In this document: positions 29,783 to 40,957 of the stretch, piece after piece
Position numbering within the stretch: position 1 is the stretch's first letter
Layout of the letters: each line of letters starts with the position of its first letter
Origin: Paenimyroides baculatum
GTDB lineage: Bacteria; Bacteroidota; Bacteroidia; Flavobacteriales; Flavobacteriaceae
NCBI GenBank assembly: GCA_040391685.1
Contig: JBEBXJ010000004.1
Location: forward strand, 1,243-65,242
Direction of reading: 5' to 3'
DNA: 64,000 bases
The notes under the pieces: generated by a model
Database searches by the model: none
What the model saw: only the letters and a program-made list of their open reading frames with translations
What the model was told of the DNA's origin: nothing
Position numbers and translations under genes: made by a program

Positions 29783-31987
29783 ATGACACAAGAACAAATA
29801 GAAAAAGAAAATAAAGAAATTGCACGTGAGTACAAAGAGCTTTTAAGCATTAGTTATCAAACACTTACAGATGATGATAAGAAGTTAATTCGTAAAGCGT
29901 TCGATGTTGCCGTGGAAGCACATAAAGACCAACGAAGAAAATCGGGCGAAGCATATATCTTCCACCCTATTGCAGTTGCTAAAATTGTAGCTTCAGAAAT
30001 CGGTTTGGGTCCAACGTCTATCGCAGCATCTTTAATGCACGATGTTGTTGAAGATACCGATATTACCGTTGAAGACATTGAACGTATGTTTAATCCTAAA
30101 ATAGCAAAGATTGTTGAAGGATTAACAAAAATTTCACGCATGGAGCCCGATCCGGATATTTCGCTTCAGGCAGAGAACTACCGTAAAATGCTGCTTACGC
30201 TGAATGACGATGTGCGGGTAATTCTTATAAAAATTGCCGACCGTTTGCACAACATGCAGACAATGAATTCTATGGCGGCACATAAACAGGCTAAAATAGC
30301 ATCGGAAACACTGTACATTTATGCACCGTTGGCACACCGTTTAGGTTTGTTCAACATAAAATCGAAACTGGAAGATTTAGGTTTAGAATATACCGAACCC
30401 GATGTTTACAACGATATTTTAAGCAAGACAAAAGAAAGCAAAGAAGAACAAAATGCTTATATTGAAAGTATTACATCTGTTTTAAACGAAGCGTTAGAAA
30501 AAGAAGGTGTCTCATTTACCATTAAAGGTCGGCCAAAATCTATTTATTCCATCCGCAGGAAAATGAAAGCACAAGGCGTTAGCTTTGATCAGGTGTATGA
30601 TAAGTTTGCAATTCGTATCATTTATAATTCTGAGCCAGCCGACGAAAAATTCATTGCATGGAAAATATATTCTATTGTAACAGATCATTACCGCCCGTCG
30701 CCTAGCAGATTGCGCGATTGGATTTCATCGCCCAAATCAACAGGTTACGAAGCTTTGCATATTACCGTTATGGGGCCAAAAGGGCGTTGGGTTGAAGTGC
30801 AGATCCGCAGTGAACGCATGGACGAAATTGCAGAAAAAGGATACGCTGCCCATTATAAATACAAACAAGGTGTTACCGAAGAAAATAGTTTAGACAAGTG
30901 GCTGAATCTTTTAAAAGAGGCTTTAGAAAACTCTGAATCCAATGCGGTAGATTTTGTTGAAGATTTTAAACTGAATCTTTATGCAAAAGAAATTTACATT
31001 TTTACGCCAAAAGGCGAAATAAAATCATTGCCCAAGGGTGCAACTGCTTTAGATTTTGCTTTTAGCATCCATACCGATATTGGTATCAAAACACGTGGTA
31101 CAAAGGTAAACGGCAAATTGGTTCCGCTTAATTATGAATTAAATTCAGGCGATCAGGTAGAAATAATTACATCGGCAAATCAAAAACCAAGTTCGCACTG
31201 GTTGGATTTTGTAACTACAGCCCGGGCAAAAAATAAGATTAAAAATACCTTAAACGAAGATGTTAAACAAATATCTGAAGACGGAAAAGAAGTTTTAACC
31301 AGAAAATTAAAGCATCTTAAAATTAATCTGGACGAAAAAACAGTAAACGATCTGGTTAGTTTCTTTAAGCTTAAAACAAGTCAGGAATTGTTCTACCGTG
31401 TAGGTTTAGGAAAAATAGAAAATACGCAGTTAAAAGAATTTGTTGCTCATAAGAACAGTAACGCATTTATGAATTTCTTTAAGAAATCGATTCGTAAAGA
31501 CGCTCCCGGAAATATTGCAGAAACAAAGCTTGACTTAATTGTATTTGGCAAAAACGACGAAAAACTTGATTATAAACTCTCCAGTTGTTGTAACCCTATT
31601 CCCGGAGATCAGGTATTTGGTTTTGTAACCATAAACGAAGGTATTAAAGTACATAAAATTGACTGTCCGAATGCCATAAGCTTACGATCAAATTATGCAT
31701 ACAGAATTCTTCCTGCAAAATGGATCGATTCATCTGTACAAGAATTCAATGCGTCGTTAATGATTAAGGGAATTGATGGTTTAGGATTGACAAATGAACT
31801 AACCAGAGTCATTTCAAGCCAAATGAATGTTAATATTCAAAGCATTTCATTAAGTTCAAATGCAGGGATTTTCAATGGACAAATCACCGTAATTGTGCCA
31901 AACAACCACGTTTTAAACAAGCTTATTGAAAACATTCAGGAAATTGATGGCGTCGAAAAAATTACACGTATTGTAGGAACTGCTTAA
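29783..31987 (+). CDS. relA: Bifunctional (p)ppGpp synthetase/hydrolase (RelA/SpoT family)
   Basis: HDVVED hydrolase, ADRLHNM, EVQIR synthetase, TGS (FTPKG...DFAFSIH), CCNPIPGD, ACT domain. Confidence 0.95.
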   Translation: MTQEQIEKENKEIAREYKELLSISYQTLTDDDKKLIRKAFDVAVEAHKDQRRKSGEAYIFHPIAVAKIVASEIGLGPTSIAASLMHDVVEDTDITVEDIERMFNPKIAKIVEGLTKISRMEPDPDISLQAENYRKMLLTLNDDVRVILIKIADRLHNMQTMNSMAAHKQAKIASETLYIYAPLAHRLGLFNIKSKLEDLGLEYTEPDVYNDILSKTKESKEEQNAYIESITSVLNEALEKEGVSFTIKGRPKSIYSIRRKMKAQGVSFDQVYDKFAIRIIYNSEPADEKFIAWKIYSIVTDHYRPSPSRLRDWISSPKSTGYEALHITVMGPKGRWVEVQIRSERMDEIAEKGYAAHYKYKQGVTEENSLDKWLNLLKEALENSESNAVDFVEDFKLNLYAKEIYIFTPKGEIKSLPKGATALDFAFSIHTDIGIKTRGTKVNGKLVPLNYELNSGDQVEIITSANQKPSSHWLDFVTTARAKNKIKNTLNEDVKQISEDGKEVLTRKLKHLKINLDEKTVNDLVSFFKLKTSQELFYRVGLGKIENTQLKEFVAHKNSNAFMNFFKKSIRKDAPGNIAETKLDLIVFGKNDEKLDYKLSSCCNPIPGDQVFGFVTINEGIKVHKIDCPNAISLRSNYAYRILPAKWIDSSVQEFNASLMIKGIDGLGLTNELTRVISSQMNVNIQSISLSSNAGIFNGQITVIVPNNHVLNKLIENIQEIDGVEKITRIVGTA

Positions 31988-32050
31988 TTTTAAATATTTA
32001 ATTTTTAGTATCGGTAATAAACTTTTATATTTGTGCTGTTAAAAAAGATC

Positions 32051-32506
32051 ATGGAAGAAAATAAAAATCAAGAAATTGTAAAAAACGTTTTCACTAAATA
32101 TTTAGAAGAAAAAGGACACCGAAAAACACCGGAACGTTACGCTATACTTCAGGAAATTTACGAAAACGAAGAACATTTTGATATTGAATCTTTATACATT
32201 AAAATGAAAAACAAAAACTACCGTGTTAGTAGGGCTACACTTTACAATACGATAGAATTGTTATTGGAATGTGGTTTGGTACGCCGTCACCAGTTTGGGC
32301 AAAATCAGTCACATTACGAAAAATCGTACTTTGATAAACAACATGACCATATTATTTTAACAGATTCTGGCGAGGTGATTGAATTTTGTGATCCACGCAT
32401 TCAAATCATCAAACAAACAATCGAAGAAATTTTCAAAATAAAAATTCACAATCATTCTTTATATTTCTACGGAACAAAAGAAGATACCGACACAACCAAT
32501 AATTAA
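32051..32506 (+). CDS. fur: Fur family transcriptional regulator
   Basis: [20 protein letters not shown]; start moved to ATG 32051; TATATTTG at 32026-32033. Confidence 0.9.
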   Translation: MEENKNQEIVKNVFTKYLEEKGHRKTPERYAILQEIYENEEHFDIESLYIKMKNKNYRVSRATLYNTIELLLECGLVRRHQFGQNQSHYEKSYFDKQHDHIILTDSGEVIEFCDPRIQIIKQTIEEIFKIKIHNHSLYFYGTKEDTDTTNN

Positions 32507-32530
32507 AAACAGACTAACATACTAAACATC

Positions 32531-33802
32531 ATGACAGTAGATTTGTTACTTGGCCTTCAATGGGGAGATGAAGGAAAAGGAAAAATTGTAGACGTACTTA
32601 CATCTAAATACGATATTATTGCACGTTTTCAAGGTGGACCAAATGCAGGACACACATTAGAATTCGATGGAATTAAGCACGTTTTAAGAACAATTCCTTC
32701 AGGAATTTTCCATAAAAAATCAATAAACATCATCGGAAACGGTGTAGTAATTGATCCGGTAGTATTTCAAAAAGAAATTGAAGGTTTACAAAAATTTGAC
32801 ATTGATGTTCAATCACGCCTTTTAATTTCAAGAAAAGCACATTTAATTTTACCAACCCACCGTTTATTAGATGCTGCTTCTGAAGCATCAAAAGGCAAAG
32901 CTAAAATTGGTTCTACTTTAAAAGGAATTGGTCCTACTTATATGGACAAAACCGGTAGAAACGGTTTGCGTGTGGGTGATATTGAATTGGCAGATTTTAA
33001 AGAAAGATACAATGTTTTAGCAGAAAAGCATATCGACATGATTAAATTCTACAATGTGGATTTGCAATACAATTTGGCTGAAATGGAAGATGAATTCTTT
33101 GCAGCTGTTGAAGAATTAAAGAAATTAACTTTTATTGATTCTGAATTTTATTTAAACAGTGCCTTAAAAGAAGGAAAATCTATTTTGGCAGAAGGGGCAC
33201 AAGGATCATTATTAGATATCGATTTTGGAACATATCCTTTCGTAACATCATCAACCACAACTGCTGCCGGTGCTTGTACCGGTTTAGGTATTGCACCAAA
33301 CAAGGTAAAAGATGTTTTTGGTATTTTTAAAGCATATACAACCCGCGTAGGATCCGGACCTTTCCCAACAGAATTATTTGATGAAGTGGGGCAAACAATG
33401 GCAAAAGTTGGTAATGAATTTGGATCGGTTACAGGGCGTGCACGTCGTTGTGGATGGTTAGACTTAGTTGCATTAAAATATGCGGTTGAAGTAAACGGCG
33501 TTACCGGATTGTATATGATGAAGGGCGATATTTTATCGGGATTTGATACACTTAAAGTTTGTACAGCTTATACTTACAAAGGCGAACAAATTGATCATTT
33601 ACCTTATAATATAGAGGCAGAAAACGTACAACCTGTTTTTGTAGAGAAAAAAGGTTGGAAACAAGATTTAACAGGCTTAACTCAATATAACGACTTGCCT
33701 GTAGAACTTAAAGAATATATTGAATTTATTGAAGAATACATTGGCGTACCAATTAAAGTAATATCAGTTGGTCCTGACCGTAAGCAAACAATAATGAAAT
33801 AA
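32531..33802 (+). CDS. purA: Adenylosuccinate synthetase
   Basis: QWGDEGKGK, GGPNAGHT, EGAQG, TGRARRCGWLD. Confidence 0.99.
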   Translation: MTVDLLLGLQWGDEGKGKIVDVLTSKYDIIARFQGGPNAGHTLEFDGIKHVLRTIPSGIFHKKSINIIGNGVVIDPVVFQKEIEGLQKFDIDVQSRLLISRKAHLILPTHRLLDAASEASKGKAKIGSTLKGIGPTYMDKTGRNGLRVGDIELADFKERYNVLAEKHIDMIKFYNVDLQYNLAEMEDEFFAAVEELKKLTFIDSEFYLNSALKEGKSILAEGAQGSLLDIDFGTYPFVTSSTTTAAGACTGLGIAPNKVKDVFGIFKAYTTRVGSGPFPTELFDEVGQTMAKVGNEFGSVTGRARRCGWLDLVALKYAVEVNGVTGLYMMKGDILSGFDTLKVCTAYTYKGEQIDHLPYNIEAENVQPVFVEKKGWKQDLTGLTQYNDLPVELKEYIEFIEEYIGVPIKVISVGPDRKQTIMK

Positions 33803-33817
33803 TATTTCCATATATCT

Positions 33818-33858
33818 AAAAAAATCCTGTACTCAAAAAAGAATGCAGGATTTTTTTT
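33818..33858 (+). terminator. Intrinsic terminator after purA
   Basis: AAAAATCCTGTA...TGCAGGATTTTTTTT. Confidence 0.8.
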
Positions 33859-33914
33859 GTTTAAAATAAAGAAATAAAAATTATTTTTACCGATAATCAT
33901 TTTTAAAAATAACT

Positions 33915-36900
33915 ATGAATAGTTTTAATGCCGATGTTTTTCATACTTTTCAGAACAAACTAAAAATTGGCAACCGCAGAGGTGTACACTTAAATGCAAT
34001 TCCCGGAAATTCTCGTTATAAACTTGATTTAGCAAGATTATCAAACATTTATAAAAGTCTGCCAGAACATTTTATTTTAGATTTGCTTACGCAACGCAAC
34101 ATGAAATTTTCATTTTCTGTGCATGATAACCAAACAGAAGAAGTTGAAAGTAAATCAACAACCAATGAAATCTATCTGAACGATTATGATGAAGATTTAA
34201 AAAATAAAAGAGAAGATTTAAGAAACGTATCGCAAGAAGAGCAAAGAGAAATACTTTTGAAAAAACTCGCCATGAGTTTTGATAACCTGATCTTTCAAAA
34301 TGAAGTAATACAATCAGAAAAAGGCATTAATTCATTTGGTTTTGGATTTCCAATTTTGATTAGGAAAGATGTTAACGATGGTCAGATAACCGCCGCTCCC
34401 CTACTTATTTGGTCTTTAAAGATCAAACAGTCGGGCGAAATGAATACTTGGGAAATAAGCAGAACCGAAGAGGATCCTATTTACATGAACGAGGTTTTAA
34501 TGAACCATCTGCAAAGTGATTCGGGAATTACACTTGATCCTATTTCCATGGAAATGTTAGAAGACGGCAAAATTGACAAGCCGGAACTTCATGCAATATG
34601 CACCAGTGTTTTAAATAAATTAAAGATAAACCAACCGCTTGATTTTTTACTGAATAATTATGAAAGAATTCCTCTGTTAAAAACCAAAGCTACGTACGAT
34701 AAGCAACTAGAAAAAAAAGGTGACGCTGTTATTGAAAAATCGGGTATTTTCTCTTTATTTGAAGTTCAAAAGCAAAACATCATAAATGATTATGAAAGTC
34801 TTAAAACTCAATTTAAGGCTGAACAAGTTACAAAAACCTCTTTTCAATCAATAACACCAATAGAAACCGATCCTTCACAACAAGGAATTTTAGAAGTACT
34901 TAAATCACAATCAAAAATTCTTATACAAGGACCTCCCGGAACAGGAAAAAGCCAAACTTTAACAGCAGTTCTTGTAAATGCGCTGCAAAATAAACAGAAA
35001 ACCATTGTTGTGTGTGAAAAGCAAACTGCACTGGAAGTTTTGTACAATGCATTAGAAAAACAAGGCTTAGGTAAGTATTGTGTAATGATTAAAGATAATG
35101 TAACAGACCGCCGTTTGGTGGTTGATGCCGTAAGAAATACAATTGACAATACCGAGTTTAAAAAACAAATTTCCTTTTACCCCGAAAGTTTTTTAGCAAA
35201 ACAGTTGAAAAGTATTGAAAGAGCTAAAACAGCAATTAATACCGTTCATAACACCTTAAACCTAGAATTGATAGACAATAAAGACTGGAAAGACGTTGTT
35301 GGCAATATATTAGAGTATAAAGCGGCAAAAGAACCTGTGGATTTAAGTTTATTTGATTTTAAATTTACGAACGATGAGTTTTTAGAACTAGAGCAATTGT
35401 TTAAAAAAGAACCACTTTATCAGCAATTTAAACCGTTTGCCAACGACTATCTTTATAATCCACAAAAATTAACTACTGAAAATAAACTAAGTACACGGCA
35501 AAATTTAAACGAATCGTTTTCTAAGTATAAAGAAAACTGGTCAACAATTCAAAAAAACACTAAAGATTATCAACAGTATTATTACAACAAACGAAAAGAA
35601 GAATTTGCGAGTCAATATCAAAATATAACAGATTTAATTAATGAAACCGCTGTTATTACATCTACATTAAACGAACAATCAGATGTATTTAATACAGAAA
35701 AAACCAACGGATTTTTCTATAAGCTGTTTTCATTCTTATCATCGGAAAAGAAAAAAGCCATTAAAAACCAAAAGCGATTACTTACTATTGGCGAAAAAAT
35801 TAAAGGCATTAGTCTTCATGAAAATTTCTTATCCATAGAAATTTCGAACAATTTGTGGAACAATAAAAATGAAATTCTAGCTTACAGAGAAAAAATAGAT
35901 CGTTCTAAAAATGAATTCTCAACAACAATAGAGAAAGACTTTCAAGAACTTGATTATTTTAACTTTTTTCAACAGCATCTATTAAACGAAGATTTAGATA
36001 AAATCATAAAAAACAGTAAACAGCTGAAAACCGACATTCAAAACGAAAATTGGTTAAACGATACTGATTTTGGTTTAACTTATAAAGATTTTTCAGACAA
36101 AATAAATACGGTTTTTGGTAAATACGAAGAGTACAACAGTAATGCAGATAACCCTTTTTCAGCTGGATATGAATGGTTTGTTTTTTACAATTCACTTTCT
36201 GACTTTCAAAAGAAATGTTTAAATGTTTTGTATTCAATAACCAACTGGCAAACATCATTTTTATATGCATATTTTAATTTACTTTTAAAGCGAAAAGCAT
36301 TAGATTTTACAGATTTTAATGAATCAAAATACAGTCTTTTTAAAGATAAAATTCAAATTTTCTCCTCTTCTCAAAAGAATTTTATTGAAAATTATTGGAA
36401 CGTTTCACAACAAAACGCAGTAAAAGAATTTGAACAGAAAAATAAAGACATTACCGTTGCAAACCTTTACAACAAACGTAAAAGTACAAATCATAACAGG
36501 CTTCCGTTAAGGAAAATTGCCATGAAAGATACCGATTTGTTTACAACTTTTTTCCCTATAATTCTTACAACTCCGGATATTTGCTGCAATTTGTTTCAGG
36601 GTAAAAACTATTATTTCGATAATGTGGTTTTTGATGAAGCATCGCAGTTAAAATTAGAAGATAATTTACCGGCTTTATTAAAAGGGAAAAATGTGATTAT
36701 TGCCGGTGACGAACATCAAATGCCGCCATCGAATTATTTTAGTAAGGTTTTTGACGGAAGTTTTGAAGATGAAGACGATATAGAAGATGAAAACGAAGTT
36801 ATTTCATTTAAAAATGCACTTTTAAACATAGAATCGTTATTAGATTTTGCTTTGGAATTTCGATTTGATAAAAATCATCTTGATTTTCATTATCGATCCA

Positions 36901-37910
36901 AACATCCTTATTTAATTGATTTTTCAAACCATGCGTTTTATAATTCAAGATTAAAACCACTACCTTCTTTTAACCAAAGTATACCAATAGAGTTCTTTGA
37001 AGTTGGCGGAACTTTTAATGAACACATAAATATTGAAGAAGCAGAAAAAGTACTGGAAATTTTAGAAAATATTCAGCCTAAACCAGATGGAAACTATCCG
37101 TCTGTAGGTATTGCAACATTCAACATCACGCAAAGAAATTACATTCGTCGAAAAATCATTGAAAAACAGAATATTAATGAAAATGAAAGTTTCAGACAAA
37201 AAATAGCCAATTTAGAAAAAGCAGGATTGTTTATAAAAAACCTTGAAAATATTCAGGGCGATGAACGTGATATAATTATTATTTCTACAACTTACGGCAA
37301 AAAACACACCGGAAAGTTCATACAAAGCTTTGGTCCTATAAACCATACAAAAGGATACAAACTACTTAACGTAATCATTACCCGTGCTAAAGAGAAAATT
37401 TACATCTGTAACTCAATCCCTACAGAATATTATGCTAATTACAAAGACGCTTTAGCAACAGAAGGTTCAAATAACAAACGTGCGGTACTTTATGCATATC
37501 TTTCTTATTGTAAAGCTGTTAGTAATGGTGATGAAAATAAGCGTTTAGAAGTTCTAAATGAATTAGATAAGTACGGAAACAAGCAATCTAACACCACAAC
37601 TAATTTAGAAAATAATTTTAAAAAGCAAATTTATAACAGTTTAATACAAAAGTATCCACATGCTAAAATTGCTTTAAACTACGCTTTTGGCGGATATACT
37701 ATTGATATTTTTATTGAAACAACCAATAAAAAATCAATTGCCATAGAATGCATGAGCAAAAATACTTACTACGGTAATTTGGCTTATCTGGAAGACATGC
37801 ATAAAGAAAAAGTATTGAAAAATTCGGGATTTGAGTATGTTAGAATTTGGAGTCAGAACTGTTGGCAAGACATTGATACTGAATTGAAAAAAGTTGAAAC
37901 TTACATTTAA
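33915..37910 (+). CDS. DUF4011-like / SF1 (Upf1-like) helicase / Vsr-like C-terminal domain protein (Hhe-like architecture)
   Basis: EKGINSFGFG...APLLIW N-terminus; QGPPGTGKS, FDEASQ, GDEHQMPP, HYRS, IQGDERD, LNVIITRAK; C-terminal YTIDI..IAIEC...GFEYVRIWS. Confidence 0.88.
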   Translation: MNSFNADVFHTFQNKLKIGNRRGVHLNAIPGNSRYKLDLARLSNIYKSLPEHFILDLLTQRNMKFSFSVHDNQTEEVESKSTTNEIYLNDYDEDLKNKREDLRNVSQEEQREILLKKLAMSFDNLIFQNEVIQSEKGINSFGFGFPILIRKDVNDGQITAAPLLIWSLKIKQSGEMNTWEISRTEEDPIYMNEVLMNHLQSDSGITLDPISMEMLEDGKIDKPELHAICTSVLNKLKINQPLDFLLNNYERIPLLKTKATYDKQLEKKGDAVIEKSGIFSLFEVQKQNIINDYESLKTQFKAEQVTKTSFQSITPIETDPSQQGILEVLKSQSKILIQGPPGTGKSQTLTAVLVNALQNKQKTIVVCEKQTALEVLYNALEKQGLGKYCVMIKDNVTDRRLVVDAVRNTIDNTEFKKQISFYPESFLAKQLKSIERAKTAINTVHNTLNLELIDNKDWKDVVGNILEYKAAKEPVDLSLFDFKFTNDEFLELEQLFKKEPLYQQFKPFANDYLYNPQKLTTENKLSTRQNLNESFSKYKENWSTIQKNTKDYQQYYYNKRKEEFASQYQNITDLINETAVITSTLNEQSDVFNTEKTNGFFYKLFSFLSSEKKKAIKNQKRLLTIGEKIKGISLHENFLSIEISNNLWNNKNEILAYREKIDRSKNEFSTTIEKDFQELDYFNFFQQHLLNEDLDKIIKNSKQLKTDIQNENWLNDTDFGLTYKDFSDKINTVFGKYEEYNSNADNPFSAGYEWFVFYNSLSDFQKKCLNVLYSITNWQTSFLYAYFNLLLKRKALDFTDFNESKYSLFKDKIQIFSSSQKNFIENYWNVSQQNAVKEFEQKNKDITVANLYNKRKSTNHNRLPLRKIAMKDTDLFTTFFPIILTTPDICCNLFQGKNYYFDNVVFDEASQLKLEDNLPALLKGKNVIIAGDEHQMPPSNYFSKVFDGSFEDEDDIEDENEVISFKNALLNIESLLDFALEFRFDKNHLDFHYRSKHPYLIDFSNHAFYNSRLKPLPSFNQSIPIEFFEVGGTFNEHINIEEAEKVLEILENIQPKPDGNYPSVGIATFNITQRNYIRRKIIEKQNINENESFRQKIANLEKAGLFIKNLENIQGDERDIIIISTTYGKKHTGKFIQSFGPINHTKGYKLLNVIITRAKEKIYICNSIPTEYYANYKDALATEGSNNKRAVLYAYLSYCKAVSNGDENKRLEVLNELDKYGNKQSNTTTNLENNFKKQIYNSLIQKYPHAKIALNYAFGGYTIDIFIETTNKKSIAIECMSKNTYYGNLAYLEDMHKEKVLKNSGFEYVRIWSQNCWQDIDTELKKVETYI

Positions 37911-38022
37911 TTAAAAATCTGTTTAAATAAAGTGGCTTTTTAAGAAAACTTTAAAAGTAGGTGTAAAAAAGTTTCACTTAGTTGTCAGTAAAATTGCGTA
38001 ATTTTGAAAAAAATTATCCCAA

Positions 38023-39684
38023 TTGAAAACCTTTTTTTTAAACCTGTTTTTCATACTGTTTTGTTGCAGTTTTTCATTTGCACAAACACCTGAACCAAAC
38101 GGTAAAATCATAAAATTAATTCATGCCGATTTTACGGAAATAAATGAAAATGAAGTTCCGGGAGCAAAGATATTAATTGGAAACGTTCAGGCACAACACG
38201 ACAGTATGTATATCTACTGCAACAAGGCGTATCTTTTTGAAAAAGAAAATTATATAAAATTATTTGGCAACGTAAATCTTATTCAAGATGATACTTTACA
38301 AATGGCAAGTAAATATGCCGAATACAATGGTGTGGAAAAAATTGCATACGCATCGGGCAACGTAATTATGACATCGCCGGATTCGTCTTTAAAATCAGAA
38401 AAAGTTTATTACGACAGAAATACCGGAATTGCTTATTACAACGATCATGCAACCATTACAAATAAACTAAATACCTTAAAATCTAAATCGGGTAAATATT
38501 ATACACGTGAATTAAAGTACGAGTTTAGAACACAAGTTGTAATAACAAATCCCGAAAATGTGATCAAATCGAACCATTTAGATTTTTACGAAGATTCCGG
38601 TCATGCCTATTTGTTTGGACCCTCAACTATTGATAACAAAGGAAATCATATTTATACCGAAAACGGTTTTTACGATACCCGTTTAAACGAAGGGAAAATG
38701 ATCGAAAATTCGTTTATTCTTTATGATAATAAGCGTATTGAAGCCGATGAAATGTATTACGATGAAAAAAAATCGTATGCAAAGGGCATCAACAACGTAA
38801 AAGTTATAGATACCATAAACAACACCATTGCAACCAGTCATTTTGCAGAGGTTTTTCGTGCAAACGATTCCATCTACATGACAAAAAAACCGTTGATACA
38901 AACTATTGCCGAAAAAGACACGACTTATTTCCATGCTAAAAACATTCAAATTGTAGGTCCAGACAAGCAACGTGTAATTAAAGGGTATCCAAATGCACGA
39001 ATGTACCGCACACCCGATATGAGCGGAAAAGCAGATTCTTTACATTACGATCAAAAAATAGGATTGCTTCAATTAATACGCAAACCGGTTTTGTTTAAAG
39101 ATGAAAGTCAGTTAACCGGCGATGTAATTCACCTGATAAACAATGTAGAAACAGAAAAACTAGATTCCTTAAAAGTACTTACTAATGCCTTTGTAATTCA
39201 AAAAGATACGCTCGGTTCCGGATTTAATCAAGCAAAAGGAATTAATATGTACGGAAAATTTATTGACGATAAAATAAGACAGATTGATTTGGTACAGAAT
39301 GCAGAAATGATTTATTATGTGTACGATGAAGAAGTTTTACAAGGAATTGACAAAGGTATTTGCAGCAAAATTGTTTTGGAGTTGGAAGATAATAAGATAA
39401 CAACCGCTACCCGAATGATTAATCCCGAAGGAACAACGTATCCGCCTGAACAATTTCCTGAAAACGCTCGAAAACTGGCAGGTTTCAACTGGCGGGGCGA
39501 TGAACGGATGTACAGTGTAGAAGAACTTTTTAGCGATGAAGAGCTAACACACGACAATAAAGCGGAGGAAGAAGTAAAAAAGAATGAAAAAGTAAGCGAA
39601 AAGCCAATGGAAATTCAGGATAAAACACTGAATTTCAAACGAACATCAAAATCATCAAACGTTATCAAAAAACGTAGCGAGTAA
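38023..39684 (+). CDS. OstA/LptA-like beta-jellyroll periplasmic protein
   Basis: TTG start, signal peptide, GNVQAQH...CNKAY, repeated beta strands, GFNWR; TAATTTTG at 37999-38006. Confidence 0.85.
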   Translation: MKTFFLNLFFILFCCSFSFAQTPEPNGKIIKLIHADFTEINENEVPGAKILIGNVQAQHDSMYIYCNKAYLFEKENYIKLFGNVNLIQDDTLQMASKYAEYNGVEKIAYASGNVIMTSPDSSLKSEKVYYDRNTGIAYYNDHATITNKLNTLKSKSGKYYTRELKYEFRTQVVITNPENVIKSNHLDFYEDSGHAYLFGPSTIDNKGNHIYTENGFYDTRLNEGKMIENSFILYDNKRIEADEMYYDEKKSYAKGINNVKVIDTINNTIATSHFAEVFRANDSIYMTKKPLIQTIAEKDTTYFHAKNIQIVGPDKQRVIKGYPNARMYRTPDMSGKADSLHYDQKIGLLQLIRKPVLFKDESQLTGDVIHLINNVETEKLDSLKVLTNAFVIQKDTLGSGFNQAKGINMYGKFIDDKIRQIDLVQNAEMIYYVYDEEVLQGIDKGICSKIVLELEDNKITTATRMINPEGTTYPPEQFPENARKLAGFNWRGDERMYSVEELFSDEELTHDNKAEEEVKKNEKVSEKPMEIQDKTLNFKRTSKSSNVIKKRSE

Positions 39685-39685
39685 A

Positions 39686-40876
39686 ATGAAAGAAGATTTT
39701 TTTAAATATCAGGCACAAACCAGCCTGTATCCGTTAGAAGTAGAAATTTCGCACGCCAAAGGAAGCTACATTTATAGCACCGATGGTAAAAAACATTTAG
39801 ATTTTGTTGCAGGAGTTTCGGCTTGTACATTGGGGCATCAGCATCCGCGCGTTTTAAATGCTGTTAAAGACCAACTTGACAAATACATGCACGTAATGGT
39901 TTATGGCGAATACATTCAAAAACCCGCTGTAGACTTTTGTAAATTGCTGGCACAACATTTACCTCCCAGTCTTAACAAAACCTACTTGGTAAATTCGGGA
40001 ACCGAAGCTATTGAAGGTTCCTTAAAACTCGCAAAAAGAGTAACCGGCAGAACGCACATAATATCTTGCGTAAATGCTTATCATGGTAACACACAAGGCT
40101 CTATGAGTATTTTAGGAAACGAAGAACGCAAACGTGCCTTTCGCCCATTATTGCCAAATGTAGATTTTGTCACATTCAATAATGAAAACGATTTAAAACG
40201 AATTACCACAAAAACAGCAGCTATTGTATTAGAAACCATTCAGGGCAGTGCCGGATTTGTAACTCCCGAAAATGACTATTTATTGAAAGTACGTAAGCGT
40301 TGTGATGAAGTTGGTGCTTTGTTGATTTTAGATGAGATTCAGCCTGGTTTTGGCAGAACGGGCAAATTGTTCGGATTTCAGAATTACAATGTAGTTCCTG
40401 ATATTTTGGTAATAGGCAAAGGCATGGGCGGCGGTATGCCTGTTGGCGCTTTTACTGCCAATGAAAAACACATGGATTTACTGGCACACGATCCAAAATG
40501 CGGACACATTACTACATTTGGTGGGCATCCGGTTATTGCGGCAGCCTCGTTGGCAACCCTACAAGAGCTGTTAGAAACCAATTTAATGGAACAAACTTTG
40601 GTTAAAGAGCAATTGTTCCGCAGTTTGCTGAAACACCCGCTAATCACCGAAATTCATGGCAAAGGTTTAATGCTTGCATCCATGACACCATCGGCAGAAA
40701 TCACCAATCAGGTAATTTTAAAGTGTAAAGATAAAGGTTTGGTATTATTTTGGCTGATGTTTGAAGAAAGAGCCATTCGCATCACACCGCCTTTAACCAT
40801 TTCTGAAGAAGAAATTAAAGAAGGTTGCGCTATTTTAATAGAAGCGCTTAACGAAGTTCAGACAGAATTTTGTTAA
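39686..40876 (+). CDS. Class III PLP aminotransferase (ArgD-like)
   Basis: NSGTEAIE, AYHG, DEIQPGFGRTG, GKGMGGG, TTFGGHP. Confidence 0.92.
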   Translation: MKEDFFKYQAQTSLYPLEVEISHAKGSYIYSTDGKKHLDFVAGVSACTLGHQHPRVLNAVKDQLDKYMHVMVYGEYIQKPAVDFCKLLAQHLPPSLNKTYLVNSGTEAIEGSLKLAKRVTGRTHIISCVNAYHGNTQGSMSILGNEERKRAFRPLLPNVDFVTFNNENDLKRITTKTAAIVLETIQGSAGFVTPENDYLLKVRKRCDEVGALLILDEIQPGFGRTGKLFGFQNYNVVPDILVIGKGMGGGMPVGAFTANEKHMDLLAHDPKCGHITTFGGHPVIAAASLATLQELLETNLMEQTLVKEQLFRSLLKHPLITEIHGKGLMLASMTPSAEITNQVILKCKDKGLVLFWLMFEERAIRITPPLTISEEEIKEGCAILIEALNEVQTEFC

Positions 40877-40957
40877 TTAAAATGTTTATAATATAGTTTT
40901 CAGTGTACCTATAAAGTATCAATTATGAACTATATTTAATAATAAAAACGGTCGATT

